Part shown: positions 1-11,400 of the stretch, in pieces
Position numbering within the stretch: the first letter of the stretch is position 1
How the letters are laid out: each line of letters opens with the position of its first letter
The notes under the pieces: generated by a model
The model's input: the letters and a program-made list of their open reading frames with translations, nothing else
Told to the model about the DNA's origin: nothing
The model's database searches: none
Origin: Psammoneis japonica
Lineage: Eukaryota
Direction of reading: 5' to 3'
NCBI GenBank assembly: GCA_008632985.1
Contig: QPGO01000256.1
Coordinates: 62,001 to 87,288, forward strand
DNA: 25,288 nucleotides
Translations under genes and position numbers: made by a program

Positions 1-266
1 TTCTTGGCCCACTCTTTAGTACGAGCCTGTGCCTCGGCACGCTGTTCCTTCCTCGATTTCTTCGCCTTGATGGACTCCTCCTCGACTTGCTCTTCTTCAG
101 AGACGTCACTGTTCTGCTCAGTCATATCCTCGTCGTCATCTTCCTCCTCCGCTTCGCTCATGATAACATCCTCGTCCTCGACTCGTGTGGTGCTCTTCAT
201 CTTCTCGGCCCACTCTGCAGCACGAGCCTGTGCCTCGGCAAGCTCTTCCTTCTTCGATTTCTTCGC
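1..266 (-). repeat. Intragenic ~65-bp direct repeat, two copies 201 bp (67 codons) apart
   Basis: 1-65 ttcttggcccactctttagtacgagcctgtgcctcggca...tcgatttcttcgc versus 202-266 ttctcggcccactctgcagcacgagcctgtgcctcggca...tcgatttcttcgc. Confidence 0.85.
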
Positions 267-569
267 GGTGTTGGACGACGTGGTGGGCGTCTTCGTCGCG
301 GTAGCACTAGCCGGTAGAGCCTTTTGGGTAGAACGTGAAGGAGTGTTTCTTGCACTAGCCCGTGTCATCGTTGTCGTAGTCTTACGAGTGGGCGTGGTAC
401 GGCGACGTTTTGTCGGACGACTCGCTTCAGGCGGAGACTTTCCTTTTGCAAAATCAGCAGCAACACGGTCCTGTATCGCTTTCTTCTGTGCCGCTGTCAT
501 TTTCTTTTTCGTCTTGTCGGCGGTAGACGACGACTCCGTGATAGAGTCACTCTTGTGTTTGGGTGGCAT
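1..569 (-). CDS. Hypothetical low-complexity protein, 5' part only (runs off the window start); basic/Thr-rich N-terminus, acidic tract, repeated AKKS(K/R)KExxAEAQARxxEWA motif
   Basis: ATG at 569 (minus), open to position 1: MPPKHKSDSITESSSTADKTKKK...AKKSKKEELAEAQARAAEWAEKMK...EEEDDDED...AKKSRKEQRAEAQARTKEWAK. Absent from the ORF track because there is no stop in the window. The + strand ORF 4..651 is its antisense shadow. Confidence 0.75.
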   Translation of the reverse strand, partial: MPPKHKSDSITESSSTADKTKKKMTAAQKKAIQDRVAADFAKGKSPPEASRPTKRRRTTPTRKTTTTMTRASARNTPSRSTQKALPASATATKTPTTSSNTAKKSKKEELAEAQARAAEWAEKMKSTTRVEDEDVIMSEAEEEDDDEDMTEQNSDVSEEEQVEEESIKAKKSRKEQRAEAQARTKEWAK

Positions 570-601
570 GGTGGTGAACGTCAATAGCAATACTGTAATA
601 G

Positions 602-648
602 CAACAACAACAACACACTCGAGCGGTTGTCAACAACAACAACAACAA
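602..648. repeat. Two short (CAA)n microsatellite tracts upstream of the minus-strand gene
   Basis: caacaacaacaac at ~602-614 and caacaacaacaacaacaa at 631-648. Confidence 0.7.
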
Positions 649-874
649 TAAAAGTCGATGTGATGCGGGTCAGTCAGATTTTTGCGAAATCCAACGATCA
701 CTTTCATCTACGGGTTGTGTGGTATTATTCCAACGTAAGTAGCTTTTGTACTCGATTCTATGTAAGTTTTCGAACTGAATCATGTGCACGACTCAACCGT
801 CACCATTGATTCAGTCGACTCAATCCCGAATCTTTTATCTTTTCCTGACGGCATGACACCGCATCAAGTCGACC

Positions 875-2307
875 ATGACGTCTCCGGAAATGACAAACCG
901 TAGTTCTTATCGACGTTATGGCAATAGCAAACGCCTTACGTATGTGTTATTTTGGTTCTTGGTGATTGTCGTAATTGCTGGTGGCTCGGATAAAGAGCAA
1001 ACATGCCAAGCGGGAGACAACGAGTGCGCGGCAGCTGCTGATGTCGAGGAAGATGATTCTTGTGTAGACAAGCACGAACAATGCGGCTTGTGGGCTTCCA
1101 AAGACGAGTGCGTCAGCAATTCCGACCATATGCAGAAAAATTGTCCCAAGAGTTGTGGCGTTTGCAAAAAGAAAAAGCTCACAGAAAGCGCATGGGGAGT
1201 TCCTCAGGATTCGTCCGACTCTCGGGTGGAGGACGTTTTGAAAACGACCGAGGATTACATGACCAATCAAGTCATGGTGGAGGAAAAGTACAAAAACATT
1301 CGATCTCATTGTCAGAATCGTCACGAGCTATGTGCCTTTTGGGCCGTCGTTGGTGAATGCGAGGTCAATCCACAATACATGGCTCTCCACTGTGCACCGA
1401 GTTGCCAATCATGCGAACTCTTGGACTTTCAAACACGATGCCCCTACGACAAAGATGCACCTACTGCTCTGACTCACGAGGGAGAGTTGAATACCATCTT
1501 TGAGCGCATCATGACGCTACCTCATTACCAACAATTCGGGCCAAAAGCGCTTTCCAAACCAAACGGCAAGGACGAGGGCGTGATTGAAGGACCGTGGGTA
1601 GTCACGCTTGAACACTTTTTGTCTTCGCAAGAATGCAAAGAGCTGATTGAATTGGGTGCTCTAGAGGGATACGAACGATCTTCGGATGTCGGTGAAGCCC
1701 AGTTTGATGGAACGTACGATTCGTATGAAAACGAGGGACGCACATCCACCAACGCCTGGTGCGTGGACAAGTGTTACGAGAATGCCACGGTCCAGACGGT
1801 TCTAGCGAGAATGGAAAACTTGACTGGGATCCCCAAGGAAAACTACGAGTACTTGCAAATGCTTCAATACGAGGAAACGCAACGTTATCAAACTCACCAC
1901 GACTACATTGAGCATCAATTGGAACGGTCCGAGGGACCGAGAATCTTGACGCTCTTTTTGTATCTCAACACTGTGCCCCAAGGCGGTGGTACGAATTTTC
2001 CAACATTGGGTAACTCCAAGGACGGCTTAACGGTGGACGCCGTGGAGGGTAAAGCCTTGCTATGGCCGTCAGTTCTAGATAAAGATCCAAACAGAAAAGA
2101 TGGAAGAACGACTCACCAGGTGCGGCGCTTGTCCGCCTCCATACTCCAAAAAGTTACTGAGACATGTGTGTGACTCACAATACTGTTTCTTCTGTTTGCA
2201 AACAAAACATTTAGGCGTTACCCGTGATTCGTGGCAGGAAATGGGGTGCCAATGCCTGGATTCATCAGCGCGACTTTCAGGATCCCTTTAATCGATCTTG
2301 TGATTAA
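875..2307 (+). CDS. Prolyl 4-hydroxylase alpha-like 2OG-Fe(II) dioxygenase with ShKT domains; exons 875-2119 and 2215-2307
   Basis: N-terminal hydrophobic signal/anchor. ShKT-type Cys motifs (CVDKHEQCGLWASKDEC...CPKSCGVC; CQNRHELCAFWAVVGECEVNPQYMALHCAPSCQSC). P4H motifs RTSTNAW, YQTHHD (HxD), RILTLFLYLN..GGGTNFP. Removing intron 2120-2214 (GTGCGG...CTCAC...TTTAG) restores HQ|ALPVIRGRKWGANAWIHQRDF, placing the distal His and the 2OG-binding Lys. Confidence 0.92.
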
Positions 2308-2569
2308 ACGAGACGAGGACTGTTGGTAGTTCATGAACATATACTGTGCTCTACATTTAGTTGTTTTGAAACTTTGATCGGGATAGTCGACTCTGCATGG
2401 CCTATAGCGTTTCTTTAGTCGACAACCCTATGCCGTCACATGCCGATGCGACTCCATGACGCATATTTTGATTTGGCACACGATGGTGGAGCTGCAGCAA
2501 CTACGAGATAATCAAAGCAGAATGAGCTTGACAATGTCATACAGAATTCTCTGCTCAAAACTGTGGATA

Positions 2570-2642
2570 TGACGTGAGTGATAAGTGATGGTTCGAAGAT
2601 GCGAAGCCTAATATAATACACCACCGCTGACGTCTGACGTCA
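2570..2642 (+). promoter_or_regulatory. Cluster of TGACGT (bZIP CRE/aureochrome-type) motifs upstream of the FG-GAP gene
   Basis: TGACGT at 2570-2575 and 2628-2633, TGACGTCA at 2635-2642, about 115-190 bp upstream of the ATG at 2758. Confidence 0.35.
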
Positions 2643-2757
2643 AGAAACGAAAGGAGTTCTCATTTTTCTGAGAAACGCGACACTTGTTCACATAGATGAT
2701 GATCTTTATTTGTCACATTCTCTTGTTCTCGCTCGTTTCAATAAACCAAAAGTAAAC

Positions 2758-5235
2758 ATGAACCGTTCCAACAAGCCGCCGACCAAGTTTTATGATGACA
2801 CCTATGAAAGGGGTGGGCATGGTAGAAATGTGGAGGAGGAAAAACAAGAGACAGTTCAAGAAGATCAAGAGGAGCAGCAAGAGAGGGAAGAAGCTCCTGT
2901 TACTGGAGCCTATGCAGTCAATCGTGATGGCGTGGTGCCGAGAGCCGGAAGAAATCCTGACAGCGTCACTCTCATGTCGGAACCCGAGAGCATTGATGCC
3001 TCTAGTGTTGTCACCCCTGGTACCCGCAATCAAAGCGAGCTACTTGTCCAAGCTCAACTTGCTCAAGTGACGGATGAAGAAGTGGCTCGGCTTCAAGAAG
3101 AAAATATTCTTCTTCGCCGATCCATTCCTTTGGCACAAGCCCAGGTTGCGGAACCTTTCGGGACGCCCTCTGATGACACCGAACACCATGTCGACTCAAC
3201 TGCTTCGAACAGCAAGAACGATGTTGATCCTAATGACGAGGAAAAGAAACTGCGTTACAACTGTTACATCATCGGAGGAGTTGCTGTTTTAGTCATTGCT
3301 GTAATTGTTGGAGTTGTTGTAGGAGTGAAGCCCTGGGACAACGGTGGAGGAAGCGGCGAGCAGTCAATGAAAGAATCTACCGGATTGGTCATGAGTTTGA
3401 TTGGCTTGGAAGCAGTGTTTGACAAGGCCGACTCGGACTTATGGGCTACCGTATCCAAGGAGTACATTGAGGACTTTTACAACAGTCGCCGACGCCGCTT
3501 GTTGCGCTCTTTACCGACGACCATTATTCACAATGTCGAAACTGCACTGGAAGTAACCGACACTAGTGTCGTTAAAGGTGGCAGTAACAACAACGGCACT
3601 GATTCTTCATTGGTTGTCACGTATGCCCAATCTATCATGTATAGATTCGAGGAAGAGGATGTTTCTATTGATTACTTGGTGACTGAACCATTCAGAACGT
3701 CATCCAGAAGAATGGCATACGTGGACGGCCTACAGGACGCGGGTGTCGCTCAAGGCGAGAACGTATTCGACAACTTGGCTGGCGTCAGCATGGGATCGAC
3801 TACACCAAATCCCTCCTCTCCGTATCCGACAAACACACCGACACAAGATCTCATGTCGCCTCCATCAACACTTGCTCCGACACCAACGCTGACTGCGCCT
3901 TCCACCCAAGAGTTAACACGATCTCCCACAGTCGACCCGACTTCTCCACCTACTGCAGCTCCTACCACTCCAAGTCCTACCCAAGCTTCCACGGTAGCCC
4001 CCGCCACTCTGGCTCCCACTCAAGCCCCGATGCCTTTGCCGCCAAATGTGACGTGGAATCCCGTCGGACAAGTCCTGCACGGCAAAGCTGCAAACGATTT
4101 TTTTGGCAGATCCGTCTGCTTGTCACGAGATGGAATGGTCATGGCGGTTGGAGCAAAGGAGATGTCGTCTGATCCCGGTTATGTTTCCGTCCATCGATAC
4201 AATCAAGCTACAAAAGAATGGATGAATGTGGGTCAGGAACTAGTTGGACAAGCCGACAATGACAAATTTGGCAATTCCGTGTCGTTGAATGGCGATGGTA
4301 CGATCCTTGCTGTCGGCGCCCCCCGTGGCGGATCGGACGCTGGACATGTACGAGTGTTTGAATACAGCCCTTTATCTGATGGTTGGGTTCTGCTTGGAAG
4401 CGACATTATTAAAGGACAATCCGTTGGCGGCGGTCGTTTTGGTTGGACTGTGTCACTCTCGGATGACGGAGGTATTCTTGCTGTGGGAGCTTTATCGGAC
4501 GATACGGAAAATGCTGAAGATTCTGGATCAGTGCGGATGTTTGAATACAATCACGGCACCTCATCCTGGAAGCAGCTTGGACAGACCCTGATTGGTCAAG
4601 TGGCAGATGACAATTTTGGTTTGTCGGTTTCCTTAAGTAGATCGGGTAGCATTGTTGGCGTTGGAGCGAATTTGGATGATTCGGGTGGACGCGATGCTGG
4701 TCAGGTGTCGGTGTATGAATACAATTTTTTGACGTTAAGATGGGATCCATTGGGAAGTCCAATCAATGGACAAGTCGAAGGCGGTTGGTTGGGATCATCG
4801 GTTTCTCTTGATGACAGTGGTTTGATCGTGGCCGTGGGTGCACATGGGACAAGCAACGAGAGAGTTGTCGTATATGCAAACGATCGCAAAGCGTCCTCGT
4901 GGAATCAACAAGGCCAAACTCTTTTTACGACTCAAGAAGACGACAAGTTTGGTTGGTCTGTGTCGTTGAGCGGAAATGGTGATGTCTTGGCTGTTGGAAG
5001 TTATTGGCATAACGTGAACACTAGACCACGCGCGGGTCAAGTTGCAATATTTCAGTACGACACCAACAGCGCCCAGTGGAATCAAGTAGGCTATCCCTTA
5101 AATGGTGCCACTTCATCCGAAAGTTTTGGATATTCTGTGGCCTTGTCCGCAGATGGGAGCCTCTTTGCAGTTGGTGCCCATCGCCGTGGTTCTTGGTCCG
5201 GTTCCGCATATGTATTCACGGCAACCAAAACTTAA
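2758..5235 (+). CDS. Single-pass membrane protein with Pro/Thr-rich stalk and C-terminal FG-GAP (integrin-alpha-like) beta-propeller repeats
   Basis: Intronless ORF, first ATG 2758. TM segment YIIGGVAVLVIAVIVGVVVGV, RRRRLLR motif, repeated PT(x)AP linker, and about seven repeats of FGxSVSLSxDGxxLAVGA...G.V.V(F/Y)xY...W..(L/V)G. Confidence 0.88.
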   Translation: MNRSNKPPTKFYDDTYERGGHGRNVEEEKQETVQEDQEEQQEREEAPVTGAYAVNRDGVVPRAGRNPDSVTLMSEPESIDASSVVTPGTRNQSELLVQAQLAQVTDEEVARLQEENILLRRSIPLAQAQVAEPFGTPSDDTEHHVDSTASNSKNDVDPNDEEKKLRYNCYIIGGVAVLVIAVIVGVVVGVKPWDNGGGSGEQSMKESTGLVMSLIGLEAVFDKADSDLWATVSKEYIEDFYNSRRRRLLRSLPTTIIHNVETALEVTDTSVVKGGSNNNGTDSSLVVTYAQSIMYRFEEEDVSIDYLVTEPFRTSSRRMAYVDGLQDAGVAQGENVFDNLAGVSMGSTTPNPSSPYPTNTPTQDLMSPPSTLAPTPTLTAPSTQELTRSPTVDPTSPPTAAPTTPSPTQASTVAPATLAPTQAPMPLPPNVTWNPVGQVLHGKAANDFFGRSVCLSRDGMVMAVGAKEMSSDPGYVSVHRYNQATKEWMNVGQELVGQADNDKFGNSVSLNGDGTILAVGAPRGGSDAGHVRVFEYSPLSDGWVLLGSDIIKGQSVGGGRFGWTVSLSDDGGILAVGALSDDTENAEDSGSVRMFEYNHGTSSWKQLGQTLIGQVADDNFGLSVSLSRSGSIVGVGANLDDSGGRDAGQVSVYEYNFLTLRWDPLGSPINGQVEGGWLGSSVSLDDSGLIVAVGAHGTSNERVVVYANDRKASSWNQQGQTLFTTQEDDKFGWSVSLSGNGDVLAVGSYWHNVNTRPRAGQVAIFQYDTNSAQWNQVGYPLNGATSSESFGYSVALSADGSLFAVGAHRRGSWSGSAYVFTATKT

Positions 5236-5439
5236 AAATTGTACCTCTTATGTTCTTCCTTTCCTATCGGTTGCACTGCATTTGTAATTCATTTCATGGC
5301 AGTGCAAGGACGGCAACATCGACATCAAGGGACGATGAGAGTTGCAATCAGCTTGATCTTGAACGCATTTCGCATTGCAAAATTAGTTCGCACAAATCTC
5401 TCATCAGCGCACCAACCACGAGTGGCTCCATCATAATGA

Positions 5440-8200
5440 TGGCTCCACACAGTGTGTTTTGCCAGAGTCCATTTGGCAACAGCCTAAAAAAGCAGGACAT
5501 CTTCCTGAAGAAGATGTGCATTCTTGTTCAGAAAAAAATGTCCGCATTGCTAGATTGTTTTGCTTTAAAATTTTTTGCTGGTGGCATCAAAACTCACTGC
5601 TTTTGGATCTCATTAATCTTGTCTGCTTCTGTTTCTTTGAGGTTGGCACTCAATTTTGCTTGAGCAAGATCCCTCCAAGCCCTCTTTCTGGCAACAAATG
5701 TGACACCTGCCCAAGGATGTGAGAGGAGTGAGGTGCATCTGTCCTTCCCCAATGCAGCTTCAATGGCTGATCACCACCCATGCTGCTCAGGGGTTTGTCC
5801 TGCTGTGTTGGAGGTGGGTTTTGGCAGAGTGAACTTTTGCCAGGGTGGTTGACACAGCTCGTCCCCAACTTTTGTTGCAGCCTTTTTCACCAGGAGTGGC
5901 CACAAATTCACAAGCAAAGAGGTGCTGCTGTCAGCTGCTGTGGCATCACATTGATCCAAAATTGAGAAAGCAGCGTGGTTGCTCAGGGAATTCACCAGAA
6001 GCAAGACTTGGTGCCATTTTCAGACTGGTTTCATGTGCACACTTGTGCTTTGGCACAGATGCCATTTTGCCAGTTTTTAATTTGTTGCTGTGATGCACAG
6101 CAGCCAGTGTCAAGTGACAACAGTCATTTCTTTTCATTCTTGGAGAAGCATTGGATTTCTGATTGGCAACGTTCATTGGCTTGTCTGCACTGGATGTGGC
6201 TCCATCATCTGTGAGTTTGCCAATGTCACACTGGACTTTTCCAAAGCTGCAAAGTCCACCTGGTGGTGGTGACATGTCAACTCACAAGGCTAGAGTTGGT
6301 GGTGCTGGAGCAGAGGCAATTGGATCCAGGGGATGCACCTTGTTGTGTCCCATGCCATGGACAAGCAGGCATCGGCCAAGTCAACCACAGTTTGACAAGT
6401 TCCCATGCAAAAGAAGTGTGGTGAGCTCTTGGTCCAGCCCGTGGGGAGCACCAGCAGCAAGGCCACCAGTGGCTCCTCTCCCAGTCCCAAAGGGAAAGCT
6501 GTTCTGAGCTTGGCCATGTCCTCCAGGCACAACCCAACTCTGCAGAATCTGTCCAAGAGATCCAGATCTATCATGTGAATGAATCTGCTTGGAGTGTGTT
6601 GCAGAACACTCAATCCAGTGCATGGCCAAATTGCATGGCCTCCAGTGGAGCAGGCTTGTGTGTCTTGTTGTTGAGACCACAGATGCTGCCTGCAACCAAC
6701 CCCACGGTGCAGTCTCCAGTGGATGGATGGCTGCCACAATCAACAGCCACCCAAATCTTGGAGGATGCCCTGTCTTCAGCAGTGAGTTGGACTGGGGCTC
6801 CATCACAGCAAAGACTTTCCAACAGCCTGGCAGCTGGATGGGGCAGCTCACTCACAGACCATGGTGCCAAATGAACTCCCTGTGTGGATGTTTCTCAAAA
6901 TGGAGCCAGCCTGAAGATTGTGAGAGTTTGATGCCTTCAACCACTGACTCACTCCAAGGGGGCTGCTGGTGTTGGTCAGGCAAGTTGGCAGGTGAGGGCT
7001 GCAGGTGAGTCCACTGACTTGCTGCTGGCCCAACACTTCAGGTGGAGAATGCCGCCAGTGTGGCTGCTGGCACCACCACTCCATCATCTTGAGGGTTGGG
7101 CAAATGTTCATGTGCAAAGGCACTCATGGCAGTGTGCTCACATCATGGTGCTGGGTTGTGACAGGTGCCACATTGCTCACAATTTGTCAAAGCACGTGCC
7201 TTTGAGAGGACAGTGGGAGAGGCAAATCTCACATGGGGCTCCACTGATGTTTGTTTGTTGAGGTGCAAAGCACTGCCACAGAGTGAGCAAACAAATTCCA
7301 GCCTGTTCTCACAGGGCCGGGGTTTGTGACAGCAGCTCCAATCATGCCAGTGGAGAGTCAACACTGCCTTGGGGATCCTTGGTTGATTTTGGACCCTGGC
7401 CCATCAGATGGGTCAGAAGTGAGAGCACACACTTTGTCAGGTGTTGGCAAGCAGTCTGGAATGCATGGGACTCCTCCTTGCATGAGTCAGCACAAGACTC
7501 CAGTCATGATCTGGATGACCTCTCAGCAGATCCACGGCAGAACATTGCCTTTGAGAACTCTGTGTGCTGGACTGTTTGAGAAGATCCACCACCATGTCCC
7601 GCCAGTCTTCCTGGCAGAACTCATTGCCTTGAAAACCAAAGATGTGCCCATCCTAAAGGTGAGGTTGTGACCAACTGTAAGTGGGAGAGGGTGACAGATG
7701 CAAGTGACTTGACAGCCGGCACACTGCAGCTTGGCAGTGCACACATGGCCACCGCTCTCTGGATCATGCACAAGAAGCAGGTGTTCCAGAGTGCAAGTGT
7801 GGAAGCCACAAACATCCATGGCACAATGGCTGAGGAGGTTGGTGGTGCATTCTCCACCCAAATGATTGCTTTGATCATCTGCTTGTCTTGAGAGTTTTGG
7901 GAGGTGCGAGTGTGGTGCTTCAGCAGCTGTGAGGGGGACAACAGGAGCCACGCTGAAGCATGGTGTGTGTCACTTTCTTTTTCAACATTGCAACTGCTGC
8001 TGTGGTCAATGGGTGGCAACAAGTTGCAAAACAGAATGCCATGGCATTCCGATCCGTTCAAGGTTGTGGGCGGGGCCAGCCATCCATGGCTGGCCTGGGC
8101 CAGGCACGGGCCGTACCTTGCCAGACACGTCTGTCCGTCCCATCGCAGCTCCAGTTGAGGGAAATCGAAAAGTGGTTATGTCGTACGCAGATCTATGTAG
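5440..8200. mobile_element. Decayed transposon block (boundaries approximate), almost devoid of TpA and CpG
   Basis: Abrupt compositional change between two genes. By hand, 5 TA in 5641-8100 and about 15 CG in 5641-8040. Contains an RT remnant. No termini could be defined. Confidence 0.75.
6370..6860 (-). pseudogene. Frameshifted reverse transcriptase remnant of a tyrosine-recombinase (DIRS/Ngaro-like) retrotransposon
   Basis: Minus-strand fragments LPHPAARLL..L..DGAPV, GLN...APLEAMQFGHALD, IHMIDLDLLDRFCRVGL (cf. KxDLSDGFYR) and AFP.G.GEEPLVALLLVLPTGWTKSSPHFFC (cf. LPMGWxxSPPYFC), in RT order. Recognised from memory, not searched. Confidence 0.7.
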
Positions 8201-8400
8201 GGGCCCTAGGTAGAAATGCACATGAAATTGTACTAAATATCATCTATAGCATTGAGGAGATTCAAATTATATGTAAATACAATTTTGAATATAATTATTA
8301 CAGTACAAACCCCTGTACATTTCTACACAACTCCATTTCCCGCGGTTTTTGCCTCCAGAGAAAAAATGATAACCTTACTCTCTCACAACAAAGCAACACC

Positions 8401-11400
8401 ATGGACGACGACTCGAATCTTTTACCGTCCGACAACATCATGCCTACAATGAAAAGTCGCAACAACAACGACGACGACTCGAGTAGTACTATCAGTAGTA
8501 GCAGTGACTCGTCGTCGTCCTCCGAAAGCCACGACGATTCGTCCAGCAGTGACGATGATGATTCTTCCGCGAGCAGCACCAACGACGTGGAGATGAATCC
8601 TTCCATCATCCATCAAGACTCCACCAACAATACAATTCCTGCTACGGTCGCGACGACGACGACGATACAACGACCAAGTCCGGTACAAAATCCATATCGT
8701 CCTTCCAAAGTAGAACCTCATGCTTCCACCGCTACGAGTGCTCCACGTACAGATTCTACGACGAGCAACAACGGTACTGCTTTGTCATTCCAAAAGAAGA
8801 AAAAGAACGAACCCACCGCATCCGTTTTTCCAAAAACTACCGCGTCCACTTCGCTTGTTCCGCCACATCGTCAAGAACAGAAACCACAAGTACCAGCCTC
8901 GACGGACGATTTGTTATCGTGCTTTTTTCAAGACTCCACGACGACCAACAACGACAACTGCGGTAGTAGCAGCAGTGCTTTTTTTGACAAGCACAAGCCG
9001 ACAGTAGCTGCATCTGATCTTCCGATCGCTACTTCTGCTTCGCAGCCGTCTCGTAAGCAACAAGAACAACCAGCACCATCACCCGCCGTCAATAGTACTA
9101 CTACTCCAGACGATTTCCTGTCGAGACTTGAACATGAGTCGTCATCCATTCCACAAGCTCAAGTCATCAATCCTCAAGAGATTCTTGCTCGTCGATGTTG
9201 TTCCAACAAGAATACTCCAGTATCCTCCAAAAAGCAACCCGTCGTTGTGCATTTATTGACACGCCAAACCCGTCCCAACCGTCCGTGTCTTGCAGTCAAG
9301 CAAGTGTTCGCCAATAATCATCATGATGGTGCAGCACAAGACTTGTTTCCATTCCAACAGTTCAATCCCATGCAATCGGAAATGGCATACCGTGTGGTCA
9401 ATCATAATAATTCGTCTCCAAAGAACATTGTTCTTTCGGCACCGACGGGAGCAGGCAAGACGAGTATTTTTGAAATGGCCATGGCGCGCATCATCTTGTC
9501 GTCGTCGTCGAACCAACAAGAACAACAAAAAATGGTGTACATGGCTCCAAGCAAGGCACTCTGTCAAGAGCGTTTCGAGGATTGGTCTAAGCGATTTGGA
9601 ACTCGAATCCACATTGCAGTGTTGACGGGAGACACTCTTGATGAGCAAGAATCGGCCTTTGCGACATTGGCATCGGCACAATTGATTTTGACCACACCGG
9701 AAAAATGGGATTCACTATCTCGGACATGGACGCATCATCACTTTGACCTGTTTGCCGCTGTCAAATTGTTCATGTTGGATGAAGTCCACTTGTTGGGTGA
9801 TGCGAGCCGTGGAGCGTGTTTGGAATCCATCATTTGTCGAACCAAAATGATTCAAGAAATCGTTCAAGCCTGCAAGGATGTGAACGGGTGAGTACAACGC
9901 AAGTTGAGCATTTGTACCGTAGTATCGCTTTTGTATCATTTCAAAACAACTCACCGACTCGTATCTATTTTTTCTCCGTCTAATGTCATACTACAGTTTC
10001 TCCCACGACACTCTTCCACAGCCATCAATACTCCAATCGGATTTACGAATCATTGCCGTTTCGGCCACACTTCCCAATTTGGCTGATATCGCTTCCTTTC
10101 TTCAAGCCAACGAGTGTTTTTGTTTTGACGATTCCTATCGTCCCGTTCCACTCACCACGCACGTGGTGGGATTGGGAAACATAATCAAGGGCAACACCTT
10201 TCTCTTTAATAGGAGTCTCAACAAACACGTGTCGCAAATCCTACAGCGCTTTTCGAGAAACAAGCCAAGCATTTGCTTTTGTCATACCAAAAAGGAAACG
10301 GAGCAACTCGCCGTGGAGTTGGCAGCGTCAAATAAGAATCCAAAGGAACCGAGGGCTCTACACACCCTCGCAGCCAAGACCAAGGTAGTGCAGTTGCAAA
10401 AGTGCTTGATGGGGGGATTTGCCTATCATCATGCCGGACTGGATGCCGACGATCGCAAGCTTGTCGAAAACGCCTTTGTGGCGGGTCAAATCTCATGTTT
10501 GTGTGCCACATCGACACTGGCCATGGGTGTCAATTTACCAGCGCACCTTGTCATCATCAAGGGCACGAGCGCGTGGCGTGGACAAGGAGGTCATCAAGAC
10601 GTGGATCGAGCGCAATTGTTGCAAATGATGGGACGAGCCGGACGACCCGGTTTTGATACCAGTGGGACGGCCGTCATTATGACGGATCACGCCTCCAAAA
10701 GACGTTATGAACAAGTCTCAAGTGGACTGTTGTCCACCGTTGAAAGTCAATTGCCCAATTCCTTGGTGGAGGTCTTGAATGCGGAAATTTCACAGCGAGT
10801 CATTGGATCCGTCGACCAAGCCATGTCGTGGATCAAGAAAACTTTTTTCTATCGTCGAGTGAGAACCAATCCGTCTCATTATGGTATGCTTATCAGGACG
10901 CCGGCGGATTTGGATGCTCAACTGCGGGATCTCGTTGTGCAGTCGATTGAAACGTTGAGCAGGCAAGGAATTGTATCAATTACTAGCAACGAAACGGTGG
11001 TTCCAATGCACGCCTCTCACGTCATGAGTCAGCACATGGTGGACTTTGATGCCATGAAGAGGATTGAGTGTCTACCGCACGATGCGGGACAACTCGACTT
11101 GCTTCAAACCCTGACGGAAATAGAAGGACTCCACCGACCGGTCCGTCGCGACGAGAAACGGAAGCTAAACAATATCCACAAAATGATTCGGTATCAGCTT
11201 CCCGGCCCACCCAGCAAGATTCGCATTCAAACTCCGCAACAAAAGGCCTTTGTCTTGTTACAAGCCGCCATTGGACAGCACAAATTCGACGACTACACGC
11301 TCCGTCAAGAAGTATCGTCTGTGGTGGAGTATGCGACGCGCATGTTGACGGCGGCCCAAGAGTACAGCGTGGACGCAAGCAAGCACGGTCAAGTGGCGCT

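Noticed and set aside
4..651. 215-aa plus-strand ORF
   Set aside because: Non-ATG start and Ser/Phe/Val-rich; it is the antisense shadow of the minus-strand gene starting at 569.
5423..5447. TGGCTCCA duplicated around TCATAATGA as a possible excision footprint
   Set aside because: Too short to distinguish from chance without an empty-site allele.
5440..8100. Classical fungal-type RIP, or plain CpG decay, as the cause of the skewed composition
   Set aside because: RIP raises TpA and AT content, whereas TpA is nearly absent here. CpG decay is present but cannot remove TA or turn Tyr into Cys/His.
8180..8212. Helitron 3' end at CTAG near 8206-8209
   Set aside because: No well-placed GC-rich hairpin, the next base is not T, and no 5' TC end was identified.
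7960..8400. N-terminal extension of the MER3 ORF from 7960
   Set aside because: Begins inside stop-poor decayed repeat DNA and crosses AT-rich promoter-like sequence; ATG 8401 is more plausible.
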